Positions 34,135 through 44,193 of a stretch of DNA of 55,426 bases are shown here, piece by piece. Under the pieces are notes generated by a model. The model was not told the DNA's origin. It saw nothing but the letters and a program-made list of their open reading frames with translations, and searched no databases. The stretch's first letter is position 1. Each line of letters starts with the position of its first letter. The stretch comes from Candidatus Kaiserbacteria bacterium CG10_big_fil_rev_8_21_14_0_10_49_17 (GTDB lineage: Bacteria; Patescibacteriota; Minisyncoccia; Phycocordibacterales; JABMNX01): positions 1-55,426 of the forward strand of contig PFBJ01000006.1 in assembly GCA_002778575.1 (NCBI GenBank), written 5' to 3'. A program made the translations under genes and the position numbers.

Positions 34135-35847
34135 TTACTTAAAGAAGTGCCAGACTTGGTCTGTCTCTATAAACCATTCGTGTACCGTCAAAAAGCGATC
34201 CGCAGGAACAGTGACTGTTCCCAGTGTCATTCCTGAAATACGCTCTGGCGTGACGTAAATAAATTCCGGTGCGTAGAGGAAAATTGCGGCATAGTCGTTT
34301 GCGACTTCGGTCTCAAAATCGCTGTAGAGCGCGTCCCGTTCTTTTCTGTCATGAGTAATACGGCCCTTTTCCAAAAGGTTGTCGGCGGTAATGTTAGCAT
34401 ACAGGGCGACATTGAGTCCCGGATCATTTCTTTGACTTGAATGCCAGAATGCGAAGAGGTCGAGTGTTCGACCGATAATTTCTCCGAAGAGGAGCGCGTC
34501 ATATTTGCGCGGGCGGATGCTGTTTATATTAAGGTCAGACGGCTCGAAAATTTGCAGATGCACATCGGCACCTAACTCGGTCCAGTTCTCCATCACAATC
34601 TGTGCGGCCGCCTTCAGTTCCGGAACATTTGAAGTGGAGATACTGACTGATAGCAAACCATCCTTTTTGCTGCTCCATACACCCGTTTCCTCATCGAGTA
34701 CCCACCCACTTCTCTCGAGCACCGCCCGCGCCTCTTCGAGATCTTGCTCCGGAACAATTGGTATTTTTTCTCGAACTATGAGTCCGGGCGGAATCGGATT
34801 ATTGATTGCGACACCGTAGCCATTGAGCACTTCGCGCACTATGCGCTCTCTATCGGTTGCAAGAGACAACGCTTTTCGGACTTCGATATTTGCAAGAGCA
34901 GGGGCCTGGTTTTGATTAAAGAACACACCAAACGTGCGCGGCAGCGGGACGGTTTCAATTCTGTAGTTGGTGAGGTTGGCGGCTTTAGCCGGAGCAATGC
35001 TGTTTATTGACTCTACCTCACCGCTTTTCAGTGCGCTGATAAGGTCGTCTTCATTCGAGTAAAAGAAGAGGACTATCTTTTCTATATACGGCTCACCGAG
35101 CGTGTAGTGTGCGAATGAGGAGAGTGTATAGCGCTCTGGAACGCCTGATTTGTTCCGTCTAATGTCTGAGATGCGGTACGGTCCTGAACCGACAGCCTCA
35201 GTATTCAGTTGGCTGAATGGGAACTGCTCAATTTCAACTTCCTTCCAGGGGTGTGAGGGGAGAATACCGAGAGTCGCATTTTCAAGAAATGGGGCGTATG
35301 GACGCGTGAGCGTAAAGAGCACTTCCCGTTCAGACACTTTTTCAACAGCGACCCCGTCCCAGCTTGCACGTCGAGGGCTCTTTAGTGCCGGATCTTGCGC
35401 CCGAGAGACAGTGAAAATCACATCGTCTGCTGTAACCGGTGTTCCGTCATGGAATACTGCATTCTCTCGGATAAAGAAGTGGTAGGTGAGGCCATCGTCT
35501 GATACCTCGAAACGTTCAGCGAGGTCAGGTAGTAGAGTGCCGTCGGGGCGGGCTTTAAGAAGTCCGGAATAAATAAGCATAGAAAGGTCGCGGTCGGCAT
35601 CAGTGGTTGCGAGGAGCGGGTTGATAAAGCGAGGAAATCCAACGACCCCTTCGGTGTGCGAGCCGCCGTGTGCAGGAATATCTGAAACAAGCATGCTGTT
35701 TAAGCCGCCGAGAATAGCAAGTGTACTACCACAGAGGAGAACTGCGAATACAAAAAGAAGCACCTTTTCAAACGGAGAAAACGACGCGTGAGCCTTTCTG
35801 ACTGAAGAAGGAAGCTCGAATGTTCGAGATAGCGATTTTCTTTGCAC
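34135..35847 (-). CDS. family-5 (peptide/nickel type) ABC substrate-binding protein, membrane-anchored
   Basis: 570 aa with a GTG start and an N-terminal TM. Family-5-like blocks RFEVSDDGLTYHFFIRENAVFHDG and the C-terminal region. Confidence 0.78.
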   Translation of the reverse strand: MQRKSLSRTFELPSSVRKAHASFSPFEKVLLFVFAVLLCGSTLAILGGLNSMLVSDIPAHGGSHTEGVVGFPRFINPLLATTDADRDLSMLIYSGLLKARPDGTLLPDLAERFEVSDDGLTYHFFIRENAVFHDGTPVTADDVIFTVSRAQDPALKSPRRASWDGVAVEKVSEREVLFTLTRPYAPFLENATLGILPSHPWKEVEIEQFPFSQLNTEAVGSGPYRISDIRRNKSGVPERYTLSSFAHYTLGEPYIEKIVLFFYSNEDDLISALKSGEVESINSIAPAKAANLTNYRIETVPLPRTFGVFFNQNQAPALANIEVRKALSLATDRERIVREVLNGYGVAINNPIPPGLIVREKIPIVPEQDLEEARAVLERSGWVLDEETGVWSSKKDGLLSVSISTSNVPELKAAAQIVMENWTELGADVHLQIFEPSDLNINSIRPRKYDALLFGEIIGRTLDLFAFWHSSQRNDPGLNVALYANITADNLLEKGRITHDRKERDALYSDFETEVANDYAAIFLYAPEFIYVTPERISGMTLGTVTVPADRFLTVHEWFIETDQVWHFFK

Positions 35848-35894
35848 AGTAGTAGGGAGAGGGCGTATGAGCCTCGTAGTGATTAGTAATTGAT

Positions 35895-36125
35895 TTAAAT
35901 AATGAGCGCAATGAACGCCGAGAGTGCAAAGAGAATACCAAGCACAATAGTCGCTCGGAAAAGAGTGCGCTCGAAACCGCGACGGGTGCTGAATCCCGCG
36001 CTGAAGTTGTCGCCCCCGAATGCTCCGCCAACTCCTGCACCAGTCTGCTGAAGCAGAACGGCAATAATGAGCAGGATGGAGAGCACTATCTGGGCATACG
36101 GAAGGACCGTACTGAGCATTTCCAT
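35895..36125 (-). CDS. secG: preprotein translocase subunit SecG
   Basis: 76 aa with LSILLIIAVLLQQTGAGVGGAFGG. Confidence 0.85.
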   Translation of the reverse strand: MEMLSTVLPYAQIVLSILLIIAVLLQQTGAGVGGAFGGDNFSAGFSTRRGFERTLFRATIVLGILFALSAFIALII

Positions 36126-36134
36126 AACGGGGTC

Positions 36135-36143
36135 AGTATACCA
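36135..36143 (-). promoter_or_regulatory. extended -10 box TGGTATACT, 9 nt before the secG ATG
   Basis: The reverse complement of agtatacca was read directly. Confidence 0.5.
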
Positions 36144-36171
36144 GCGCTTTGCTCTTTGGCAAGGGGATAAA

Positions 36172-36200
36172 TTGACACCACCGGGTGCTCCTTCTATACT
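36172..36200 (+). promoter_or_regulatory. sigma70-type promoter TTGACA-N17-TATACT for groES-groEL
   Basis: Both hexamers and the 17-nt spacer were read directly. Confidence 0.65.
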
Positions 36201-36232
36201 GAGTGCGATTTTACAAGCATAATAAGCGCACT

Positions 36233-38220
<1,988 letters not shown>

Positions 38221-38223
38221 GGC

Positions 38224-38382
38224 CTCGCTCGTATTCACGGCGGGAGAGGGAAATGCTCCAGCGACTGCGCGGCCGTTCGCATTGTCGGGGTCGTGCCCAT
38301 ACCAAACCCACCCACGACCTCCGACTGCTCACCGCCGCGCGACGTCGCTTCCACAACCTCTCCCGACGTTTATACTCGCTCG
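38224..38382. mobile_element. MITE-like GC-rich element: 8-bp direct repeats flanking a 143-bp imperfect long inverted repeat
   Basis: CTCGCTCG at 38224..38231 and 38375..38382. Termini are tattcacggcgggagagg and cctctcccgacgtttata (15/18 complementary). Nested stems are 38261-73/38334-48 and 38284-95/38313-25. Confidence 0.45.
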
Positions 38383-38483
38383 GTATTGGTAAAAACCCGA
38401 TGGCTTAATAAAGTCATTAGGTTCTCTCCGTTAGTGGGTCTTTCTTTATATATACAAAGAAATTGAGGGTGGTATAATTAACC

Positions 38484-38523
38484 CAATCAGGTGCCCTGCC
38501 TCCGTGGGCAGGCTGAATTGATC
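38484..38523. repeat. degenerate palindromic repeat, copy F, in the lemA leader
   Basis: caatcaggtg-ccctgcc-tccgt-gggcagg-ctgaattgatc. It lies downstream of TGGTATAAT at 38470..38478. Confidence 0.55.
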
Positions 38524-38540
38524 AGTTTTATCTAAATACT

Positions 38541-39134
38541 ATGTCCATTCTTTATATTCTATTAGGAGTTGTCGTGGCGGTATTGCTCTGGGGAGTGTAC
38601 GCATTTAACCGCTTTGTAACCCTTCGTAACCGTGCAGAGGAAGCGTGGGCAGATATTGATGTGCAGCTCAAGCGCCGTTACGACCTCATCCCGAATCTTG
38701 TGGAGACAGTGAAGGGCTATGCATCCCATGAAAGAGAGACACTCGACTCGGTCACAAATGCCCGCGCTGAGGCTACAAAAGTACACGTTGACCCAAGCAA
38801 CATTACGCCGGAGCAAATAAAGGCAATGGCAGGTGCGGAAACGGCCCTGACACAATCGCTCGGGAAACTCTTGGCGGTTGCAGAGAGCTACCCAGACCTC
38901 AAGGCAAATGAAAACTTTGTGGAGTTGCAGCGAGAACTGACTGACACGGAGAATAAGATTCAGGCGGCACGGCGCTTCTACAATACGACCGTGATGAGCT
39001 ATGACACCGTACGCGAGACATTCCCGTCAAATATTGTCGCGAATATGTTTACATTTACAGAGCGCGAATACTTCGAACTTGGCGAGGAAGATGCGGCAGC
39101 ACGAGAGCCTGTGAAGGTTGATTTCAAAAAGTAG
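38541..39134 (+). CDS. lemA: LemA family protein
   Basis: N-terminal TM, then RNRAEEAWADIDVQLKRRYDLIPNLVETVKGYASHE. Confidence 0.9.
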   Translation: MSILYILLGVVVAVLLWGVYAFNRFVTLRNRAEEAWADIDVQLKRRYDLIPNLVETVKGYASHERETLDSVTNARAEATKVHVDPSNITPEQIKAMAGAETALTQSLGKLLAVAESYPDLKANENFVELQRELTDTENKIQAARRFYNTTVMSYDTVRETFPSNIVANMFTFTEREYFELGEEDAAAREPVKVDFKK

Positions 39135-39135
39135 T

Positions 39136-39588
39136 ATGGATGAAGCACAGAGCGAAATCCAAAAGGAAGTAGACGCGCTTGCAAATCCAAATCCGGAGCC
39201 AGTCGAAACGCCAAAAAAATCTCGGTTCCTGCAGATTCTTAATTGGCTCATTTTCTTCTTTGCTCTTGTCCTTATTGGGCTTCCGCTTCTTGGTTTTGCA
39301 ATTCCCGCTATCGCCGGCTGCACGGGAGGTTTTTCAATTGAATCGTCATGTTCGGTTGCTTTTCTCGAGCCTGTCGCTGAGTATCTTGCCGGCATTCTTC
39401 TTATCCTTGCACTCTCCGGTGCAATACTTGTTGGTGGATTACTGCTGGTCATTCTCTCTCTCATAGCGTTTGTGCTTGAAATACGTGTCGCGGTAAGACG
39501 AGGAGGCATACGCGGGGCACTTAAGAGCGTCTCATTCATTGTGCTTCTTCTCAGTCTTAGTGGCATTGCTTTTATTCTTTTCTACTAG
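39136..39588 (+). CDS. multi-TM membrane protein, function unknown
   Basis: 150 aa with a TAG-T-ATG junction to lemA. Four hydrophobic segments. Confidence 0.6.
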   Translation: MDEAQSEIQKEVDALANPNPEPVETPKKSRFLQILNWLIFFFALVLIGLPLLGFAIPAIAGCTGGFSIESSCSVAFLEPVAEYLAGILLILALSGAILVGGLLLVILSLIAFVLEIRVAVRRGGIRGALKSVSFIVLLLSLSGIAFILFY

Positions 39589-39593
39589 AGCCT

Positions 39594-40097
39594 ATGGCGA
39601 GACAGATTAATCTTGCGCACGCTGAAGCGGATAAGCTTTTCTATTTCGTTACGACGATTGTTGTCTATAGAGAGTCTGACCAAAAATGCCTTATCCTGAA
39701 GCGTGCCGGTGATGATGCGGTACTTCCAGGGAAATGGGGCCTACCGGGCGGGCGGCTCGAGTGGTCGCACTTTGACCTCGAGCATCCCGATGAAGTTGAC
39801 GGGGAGATATTGAACTTCAATGGGCCTGTGGAAGCGCACGTAAAAGAGTTGTTGGAAGAAAAGGCAGGGCTCTCCATAGGGGAGCGTCCGCAGTATCTTG
39901 GCTCCGTATTTTTTGTTCGTGGCGACGGCACTCCTTCCATTCTCGTGCGTTTTGCAGCGCGAATAGGAGGTGGCGAAGCAGAGGCAGGGGGAGGATTCAC
40001 AGACTCGGCGTGGGTGGACGCAGAGGAAATCACTCAGTATGATCATGTCGAAGGGATAGATAAAGAAATTTTAAAAGCGATAAAATTATTTTCGTAG
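39594..40097 (+). CDS. Nudix hydrolase (paralog 1) with an insertion inside the Nudix box
   Basis: GKWGLPGGRLE...(27 aa)...KELLEEKAGL. Confidence 0.75.
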   Translation: MARQINLAHAEADKLFYFVTTIVVYRESDQKCLILKRAGDDAVLPGKWGLPGGRLEWSHFDLEHPDEVDGEILNFNGPVEAHVKELLEEKAGLSIGERPQYLGSVFFVRGDGTPSILVRFAARIGGGEAEAGGGFTDSAWVDAEEITQYDHVEGIDKEILKAIKLFS

Positions 40098-40098
40098 T

Positions 40099-40611
40099 AT
40101 GGCTGCAACAGAAATAAGTCTCGGCGAAGCCAAAAAAGACAAGCTGTTTTATTTTGTTGCAAATGTACTCGTCTATCGGGAAGAAGATGGCCGATGTCTG
40201 ATACTGAAACGTTCAAAGCGCGAGAAAGCACACTCAGGCAGGTGGGCAACACCGGGCGGCAAGATGGAGCACGGTGATTTTGATATTAATCACCCAACGC
40301 GGATGAATGGCGATGTGATTGATTTTGAAGACTCGATTGAAGATTTACTTCGGCGCGAGACTAAAGAAGAGGCCGGAGTAGAAATAGGAAATGAATTTCA
40401 CTACATCAACAGCAATACATTTATTCGGCCCGATGGAATTCCTGTAGTGCTTGTAAAGTTGGCGGCAAACTATGTTGGTGGGGAGGTGGTGCTTGAGGAA
40501 GGTGCATTTGATGACTTTGCATGGGTGAATGCAGAAGAGGTGAAAGAGTATGAGTGTATTGACGGCATTTGTGAAGAGGTAGAGAAAACTGTTCAATTAT
40601 TCTCAAAGTAA
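40099..40611 (+). CDS. Nudix hydrolase (paralog 2) with the same insertion
   Basis: GRWATPGGKME...(27 aa)...RRETKEEAGV. It shares the KLFYFV N-terminus with paralog 1. Confidence 0.75.
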   Translation: MAATEISLGEAKKDKLFYFVANVLVYREEDGRCLILKRSKREKAHSGRWATPGGKMEHGDFDINHPTRMNGDVIDFEDSIEDLLRRETKEEAGVEIGNEFHYINSNTFIRPDGIPVVLVKLAANYVGGEVVLEEGAFDDFAWVNAEEVKEYECIDGICEEVEKTVQLFSK

Positions 40612-41498
40612 TGGCAACTATTTACACGCACAGAGACAGCAACTTACGAAAGACGTGGTTTTTAATGCTCGGCTTCTTTCTTTTGGTTATAGCAGTCGGG
40701 TGGTCAATTAGTTACTACGTCGGCAACATTTCAATTCTTGTTATCGCAGTTATATTCGCGCTCTTTATGAACGTCGGCGCGTACTGGTTTTCTGATTCGG
40801 TGGTAATAAAAATGACGCGGGCAAAACCGGTGACGCGCGACTCGCACCGGGAACTTTGGAACATACTTGAGAACCTCTCTATTACCGCAGGACTTCCAAT
40901 GCCGAAGCTCTACATCATCAATGATCCTGCGCCAAATGCATTTGCAACCGGGAGAAACCCTGAGCACGCAGCAGTCGTGGTAACAACGGGGCTTCTTGCT
41001 ATGCTTGAGCGCAATGAACTTGAGGGAGTGATTGCGCACGAGCTCTCGCATATTGGTAATCGTGACATGCTTGTAATGACTGTGGCGGTCGTGCTCGTTG
41101 GTTTCGTGGCGATAATTTCGGATATATTTATTCGTATGTCTATGTTCGGCGGCTCTCGTGATAGGAATGGTGGAGCGGGGTGGCTTGCTGTGCTTGCAAT
41201 AGTTGCAATCATTCTCTCGCCGATAGCCGCGAAGCTCATTCAGTTTGCGATTTCCCGAAAGCGCGAGTACATGGCAGATGCCTCTGGCGCGCTCCTTACC
41301 CGTTACCCTGAAGGGCTCGCCGCAGCGCTTGAGAAAATAAGTAGCTACCAAGCACCCATGAAGCATGCAAGTCATGCCACGGCGCACCTCTTTATTGCAA
41401 ATCCATTTGGCGGGAAGGCGGTAAAAGGTCTCAATGCGCTCTTTTCCACACACCCGCCGGTTGAAAAGCGCATTGCAGCGCTCCGCGGACAAAGTTGA
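40611..41498 (+). CDS. htpX: HtpX-like M48 zinc metalloprotease
   Basis: HELSHIGNRD, a downstream E in REYMAD, and four TM segments. Confidence 0.9.
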   Translation: MATIYTHRDSNLRKTWFLMLGFFLLVIAVGWSISYYVGNISILVIAVIFALFMNVGAYWFSDSVVIKMTRAKPVTRDSHRELWNILENLSITAGLPMPKLYIINDPAPNAFATGRNPEHAAVVVTTGLLAMLERNELEGVIAHELSHIGNRDMLVMTVAVVLVGFVAIISDIFIRMSMFGGSRDRNGGAGWLAVLAIVAIILSPIAAKLIQFAISRKREYMADASGALLTRYPEGLAAALEKISSYQAPMKHASHATAHLFIANPFGGKAVKGLNALFSTHPPVEKRIAALRGQS

Positions 41499-41522
41499 CT
41501 TTAGTAAAAAGTGGGTTATAGT
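41495..41522 (+). promoter_or_regulatory. sigma70-type promoter TTGACT-N16-TATAGT
   Basis: Hexamers were read directly. It overlaps the htpX stop and precedes the SD-led gene at 41559. Confidence 0.55.
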
Positions 41523-41558
41523 GTCTTTAGTCACTAAAGCACTAGGGGGAAATTCTCA

Positions 41559-41825
41559 ATGAAAAAATTCATTGTGGAGGACAAGAAGACTGGCGAGATT
41601 TCAACTCGGCGAGGGAGGTCCGGTGTCAGTATTGGGCGGGCGCTTGATCCGGAAAAGGTTAAGAAAATCCGTGCCGGCCTGCACCTTCGCAAGACGGATG
41701 AAAATGGCGTGGTTCAGGTTCCTGAGCTGAGCAGTCTGCAGTCTGGCAACACCTGTGCCCCCAATACCTACCGAAAGGTGAAGCATCGGGGACGCAATAC
41801 TGTTAGCGGTGTTCCGATAAAATAG
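41559..41825 (+). CDS. small basic hypothetical protein
   Basis: 88 aa with AGGGGGA 8 nt upstream. A strong terminator follows. Confidence 0.5.
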   Translation: MKKFIVEDKKTGEISTRRGRSGVSIGRALDPEKVKKIRAGLHLRKTDENGVVQVPELSSLQSGNTCAPNTYRKVKHRGRNTVSGVPIK

Positions 41826-41834
41826 ATGCACGCG

Positions 41835-41866
41835 GGGCGACTCACACGAGTCGCCCTTTTGTTTTT
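41835..41866 (+). terminator. rho-independent terminator
   Basis: gggcgactc-acac-gagtcgccc followed by ttttgttttt. Confidence 0.85.
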
Positions 41867-41896
41867 ATATGGCACGCATACACAGTACTAATACAT

Positions 41897-41920
41897 AATA
41901 TACCGATACATCGGTATATT
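41897..41920. promoter_or_regulatory. 24-bp perfect palindrome AATATACCGAT-AC-ATCGGTATATT (distal copy)
   Basis: Read directly. It lies 48 nt beyond the stop of the TrpR/YerC-like gene. Confidence 0.6.
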
Positions 41921-41968
41921 ATGTTTCTCTCCTTCTTTTCTTTGGCGTTTTTCTCTGGACTCTTCGTG

Positions 41969-42361
41969 CTATTTGCTACGAATGCGGGACCAACGGTCGC
42001 GCCCCATCGATGGCATGCCGAGTCGAAGCAGTTTTTCAATATCTGCGTAGAGCTCTTCGCGCTCTTCCTTTCGCTTCAAAATTTTTTCCAACCTCGAGTA
42101 CTTACCCACGAGTAGTTCTTCATGAAGGCGTTTGCTGGTTGAAGTACTCACGTCAAGAGATTTTTGTATTTGGTAGTAGGAGTGTCCGTTCGAGAGCAGT
42201 ATGAGGGTTGCAAGGCGTTTTGCGAGCATGAGTAGCTCAGTCTCGGTAAGGAGTTCGAGTAAGAGTTTAGAACCATTGTGCACATCGAGCATACCTACGA
42301 ATTGCTTCTCGATTCGCTTTCGTATGGCTGATTCGAACTGTCCCTCTGAGACTTGTGTCAT
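41969..42361 (-). CDS. TrpR/YerC-like DNA-binding protein
   Basis: 130 aa from MTQVSEG. ELLTETELLMLAKRLATLILLSNGHSYYQIQKSLDVSTSTSKRL fits the YerC/TrpR helix pattern. The longer track ORF runs antisense through tRNA-Ser. Confidence 0.65.
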   Translation of the reverse strand: MTQVSEGQFESAIRKRIEKQFVGMLDVHNGSKLLLELLTETELLMLAKRLATLILLSNGHSYYQIQKSLDVSTSTSKRLHEELLVGKYSRLEKILKRKEEREELYADIEKLLRLGMPSMGRDRWSRIRSK

Positions 42362-42367
42362 ACTCTC

Positions 42368-42391
42368 AATATACCGATGCATCGGTATATT
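42368..42391. promoter_or_regulatory. 24-bp perfect palindrome AATATACCGAT-GC-ATCGGTATATT (proximal copy, likely promoter/operator)
   Basis: On the minus strand, TATATT is followed by 6 nt and then the ATG of the YerC-like gene. Confidence 0.6.
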
Positions 42392-42461
42392 TCCATGGGC
42401 ATAAATGTGTATATGTTCATAAGGGAATACGACTGTGGTATCGTATGCATGCATTCCATAT

Positions 42462-42549
<88 letters not shown>

Positions 42550-42625
42550 ATTTGACAGCTAGCACGAGGAAGTGTGTTTGTAACTTTCTAACGTACCCGA
42601 TGTTAGAATAGCTACGTACAAACAT

Positions 42626-42796
42626 ATGACAAACAAGATATTGAAAACCATGCTGGTAGTTGTAGGAGTGCTACTGGTATTTAATGGTCTTATTAATATT
42701 TCTGATGATGGAGTGGTTTTGGCTTACGATATTACAACAATAGTATCGGGAATAGGATTCATCCTAGTGGTTATTTTGGAAAGTATAAAGAAATAG
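42626..42796 (+). CDS. 56-aa two-TM membrane peptide
   Basis: [56 protein letters not shown]. It is below the ORF-track cutoff. Confidence 0.4.
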   Translation: MTNKILKTMLVVVGVLLVFNGLINISDDGVVLAYDITTIVSGIGFILVVILESIKK

Positions 42797-42809
42797 ACCT
42801 TTCTATTCT

Positions 42810-43214
42810 ATGAAAGACAAACCCGAATCATACTGGAAAGAGAAATTGACTCCGGAACAGTACAAAATAGTGCGAGAAAAAGGGACAGAGGAGCCCTTTA
42901 CTGGGGAGCTTTTGCATAATAAAGAGGACGGCGTCTATCGGTGCGCCGCGTGCGGGACACCGCTTTTTTCTTCAAATACTAAATTTGACTCAGGAAGCGG
43001 GTGGCCGTCATTTACTGATGTAATCGAAAAGGGAAATGTAGAACTGATCCCTGACGATAGTCATGGAATGCATCGTACTGAAGTAATATGCGCCACATGC
43101 GGCGGGCACCTCGGGCATGTCTTTGAAGACCTGCCTTCGCAGGCAGGTGGCCCGAAAGAAGGTGGCAAGCGCTACTGCATTAACTCGTGCTCACTTGATT
43201 TTAAAGAAGAGTAA
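42810..43214 (+). CDS. msrB: peptide-methionine (R)-S-oxide reductase MsrB
   Basis: Zinc CxxC pairs CAACGTPLF and [12 protein letters not shown], and a catalytic Cys in RYCINS. Confidence 0.92.
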   Translation: MKDKPESYWKEKLTPEQYKIVREKGTEEPFTGELLHNKEDGVYRCAACGTPLFSSNTKFDSGSGWPSFTDVIEKGNVELIPDDSHGMHRTEVICATCGGHLGHVFEDLPSQAGGPKEGGKRYCINSCSLDFKEE

Positions 43215-43220
43215 ACATTC

Positions 43221-43281
43221 GCACCGCGCAATCGGCTGGCACCCCAGCCAACCCCACCCACAGGCGCCGATTGCGCGGTGC
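43221..43281. terminator. long hairpin (16-bp perfect stem, 29-nt C/A-rich loop) between convergent genes
   Basis: gcaccgcgcaatcggc ... gccgattgcgcggtgc. The loop contains ccagccaaccccacccac. Confidence 0.6.
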
Positions 43282-43287
43282 AGGTGT

Positions 43288-44142
43288 TTAATCGATTGGC
43301 CTGCGCATTTTCTTCCGGATAAAGAGGAATACAAGGAAGGTGAGCAGAAGGATAAAAAGAAATATCCAGTGGCGAAGAAGGAATGCAACAAGAGAGAGCA
43401 GTGTTGTTGTAATAGTAGTGCCAAAAGAAGAGCTCCCCGCTGCAGCAAGCTGATCGCGCTTACGCATCCTGTCGCGCGCCTCCTCTGCACGGTCTGCCAG
43501 AGAGTTGGCGATAGGGTTAATTGTATTCACTACTTTTTTTACAACAGAGCTCGCAGCTTCCGCAGATTGCCCAACTACTTCTTTTGCTTTTTCAACGGTA
43601 ATTGGAGTTGATGATGCGCTCTCGTGCTCTTCACTCTCCATACTCTCTTCCGGCGCGGGACTCTGTGAGTCAAGCGGGTCAGAGCCGTTTTCTATTTCGT
43701 TCGCGTCCGGAATCCCGTCGTTATCGTCATCGCTATCAGTTGCGTTACCGACACCGTCTTTGTCGGTGTCGGTGTCGACAATTATTTTTTCAGACCCTAC
43801 AGCAATGCTTTGAAGTGCTGGATGAGATGAAGAGGCAATGCGCGCACTCACTTGTACTTGGCCTGCAATAAAGACATGCTCGGTTTTAAATTGACGCAAC
43901 TGTGTCGGTGCAAGCGAAAATGAAATACTTTCAATGACGTCGTCATTTGCAAGAAATTGCAGTGTGCCGGAAATTGACTCCTCGGTGTTATTGCGCAGTG
44001 CTGTGTATACAGCTATCGGCGTACTGTCAACGAACTCTTCCTGTGAAAACCATATGCCTTCCACGAAACCAGCATTGAGCGCGTGCGCCGAGAGCGGGGA
44101 TACGAATAAGAGAAAAAGAATAATGCGAGCAAACGTATTCAT
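43288..44142 (-). CDS. secreted, C-terminally anchored protein with thrombospondin type-3-like Asp-rich calcium-binding repeats
   Basis: Signal peptide ...PLSAHA, DTDTDKDGVGNATDSDDDNDGIPDANE, and a C-terminal TM with a basic tail. Confidence 0.65.
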   Translation of the reverse strand: MNTFARIILFLLFVSPLSAHALNAGFVEGIWFSQEEFVDSTPIAVYTALRNNTEESISGTLQFLANDDVIESISFSLAPTQLRQFKTEHVFIAGQVQVSARIASSSHPALQSIAVGSEKIIVDTDTDKDGVGNATDSDDDNDGIPDANEIENGSDPLDSQSPAPEESMESEEHESASSTPITVEKAKEVVGQSAEAASSVVKKVVNTINPIANSLADRAEEARDRMRKRDQLAAAGSSSFGTTITTTLLSLVAFLLRHWIFLFILLLTFLVFLFIRKKMRRPID

Positions 44143-44193
44143 CTGATTTGGTTAATTATGTACACTATACACATTATCAAATAACTCACATGT

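Noticed and set aside
36178-36215. Possible CIRCE (HrcA) operator in the groES promoter: gggtgctcc...gagtgcgat
   Set aside because: The two halves are not reverse complements. GTGCTC versus GAGTGC is a mirror repeat, not an inverted repeat, and neither matches TTAGCACTC-N9-GAGTGCTAA.
40731-41534. 267-aa minus-strand ORF
   Set aside because: It is fully antisense to htpX, which has the HExxH motif and correct topology. The translation is Cys/Arg/His-rich junk.
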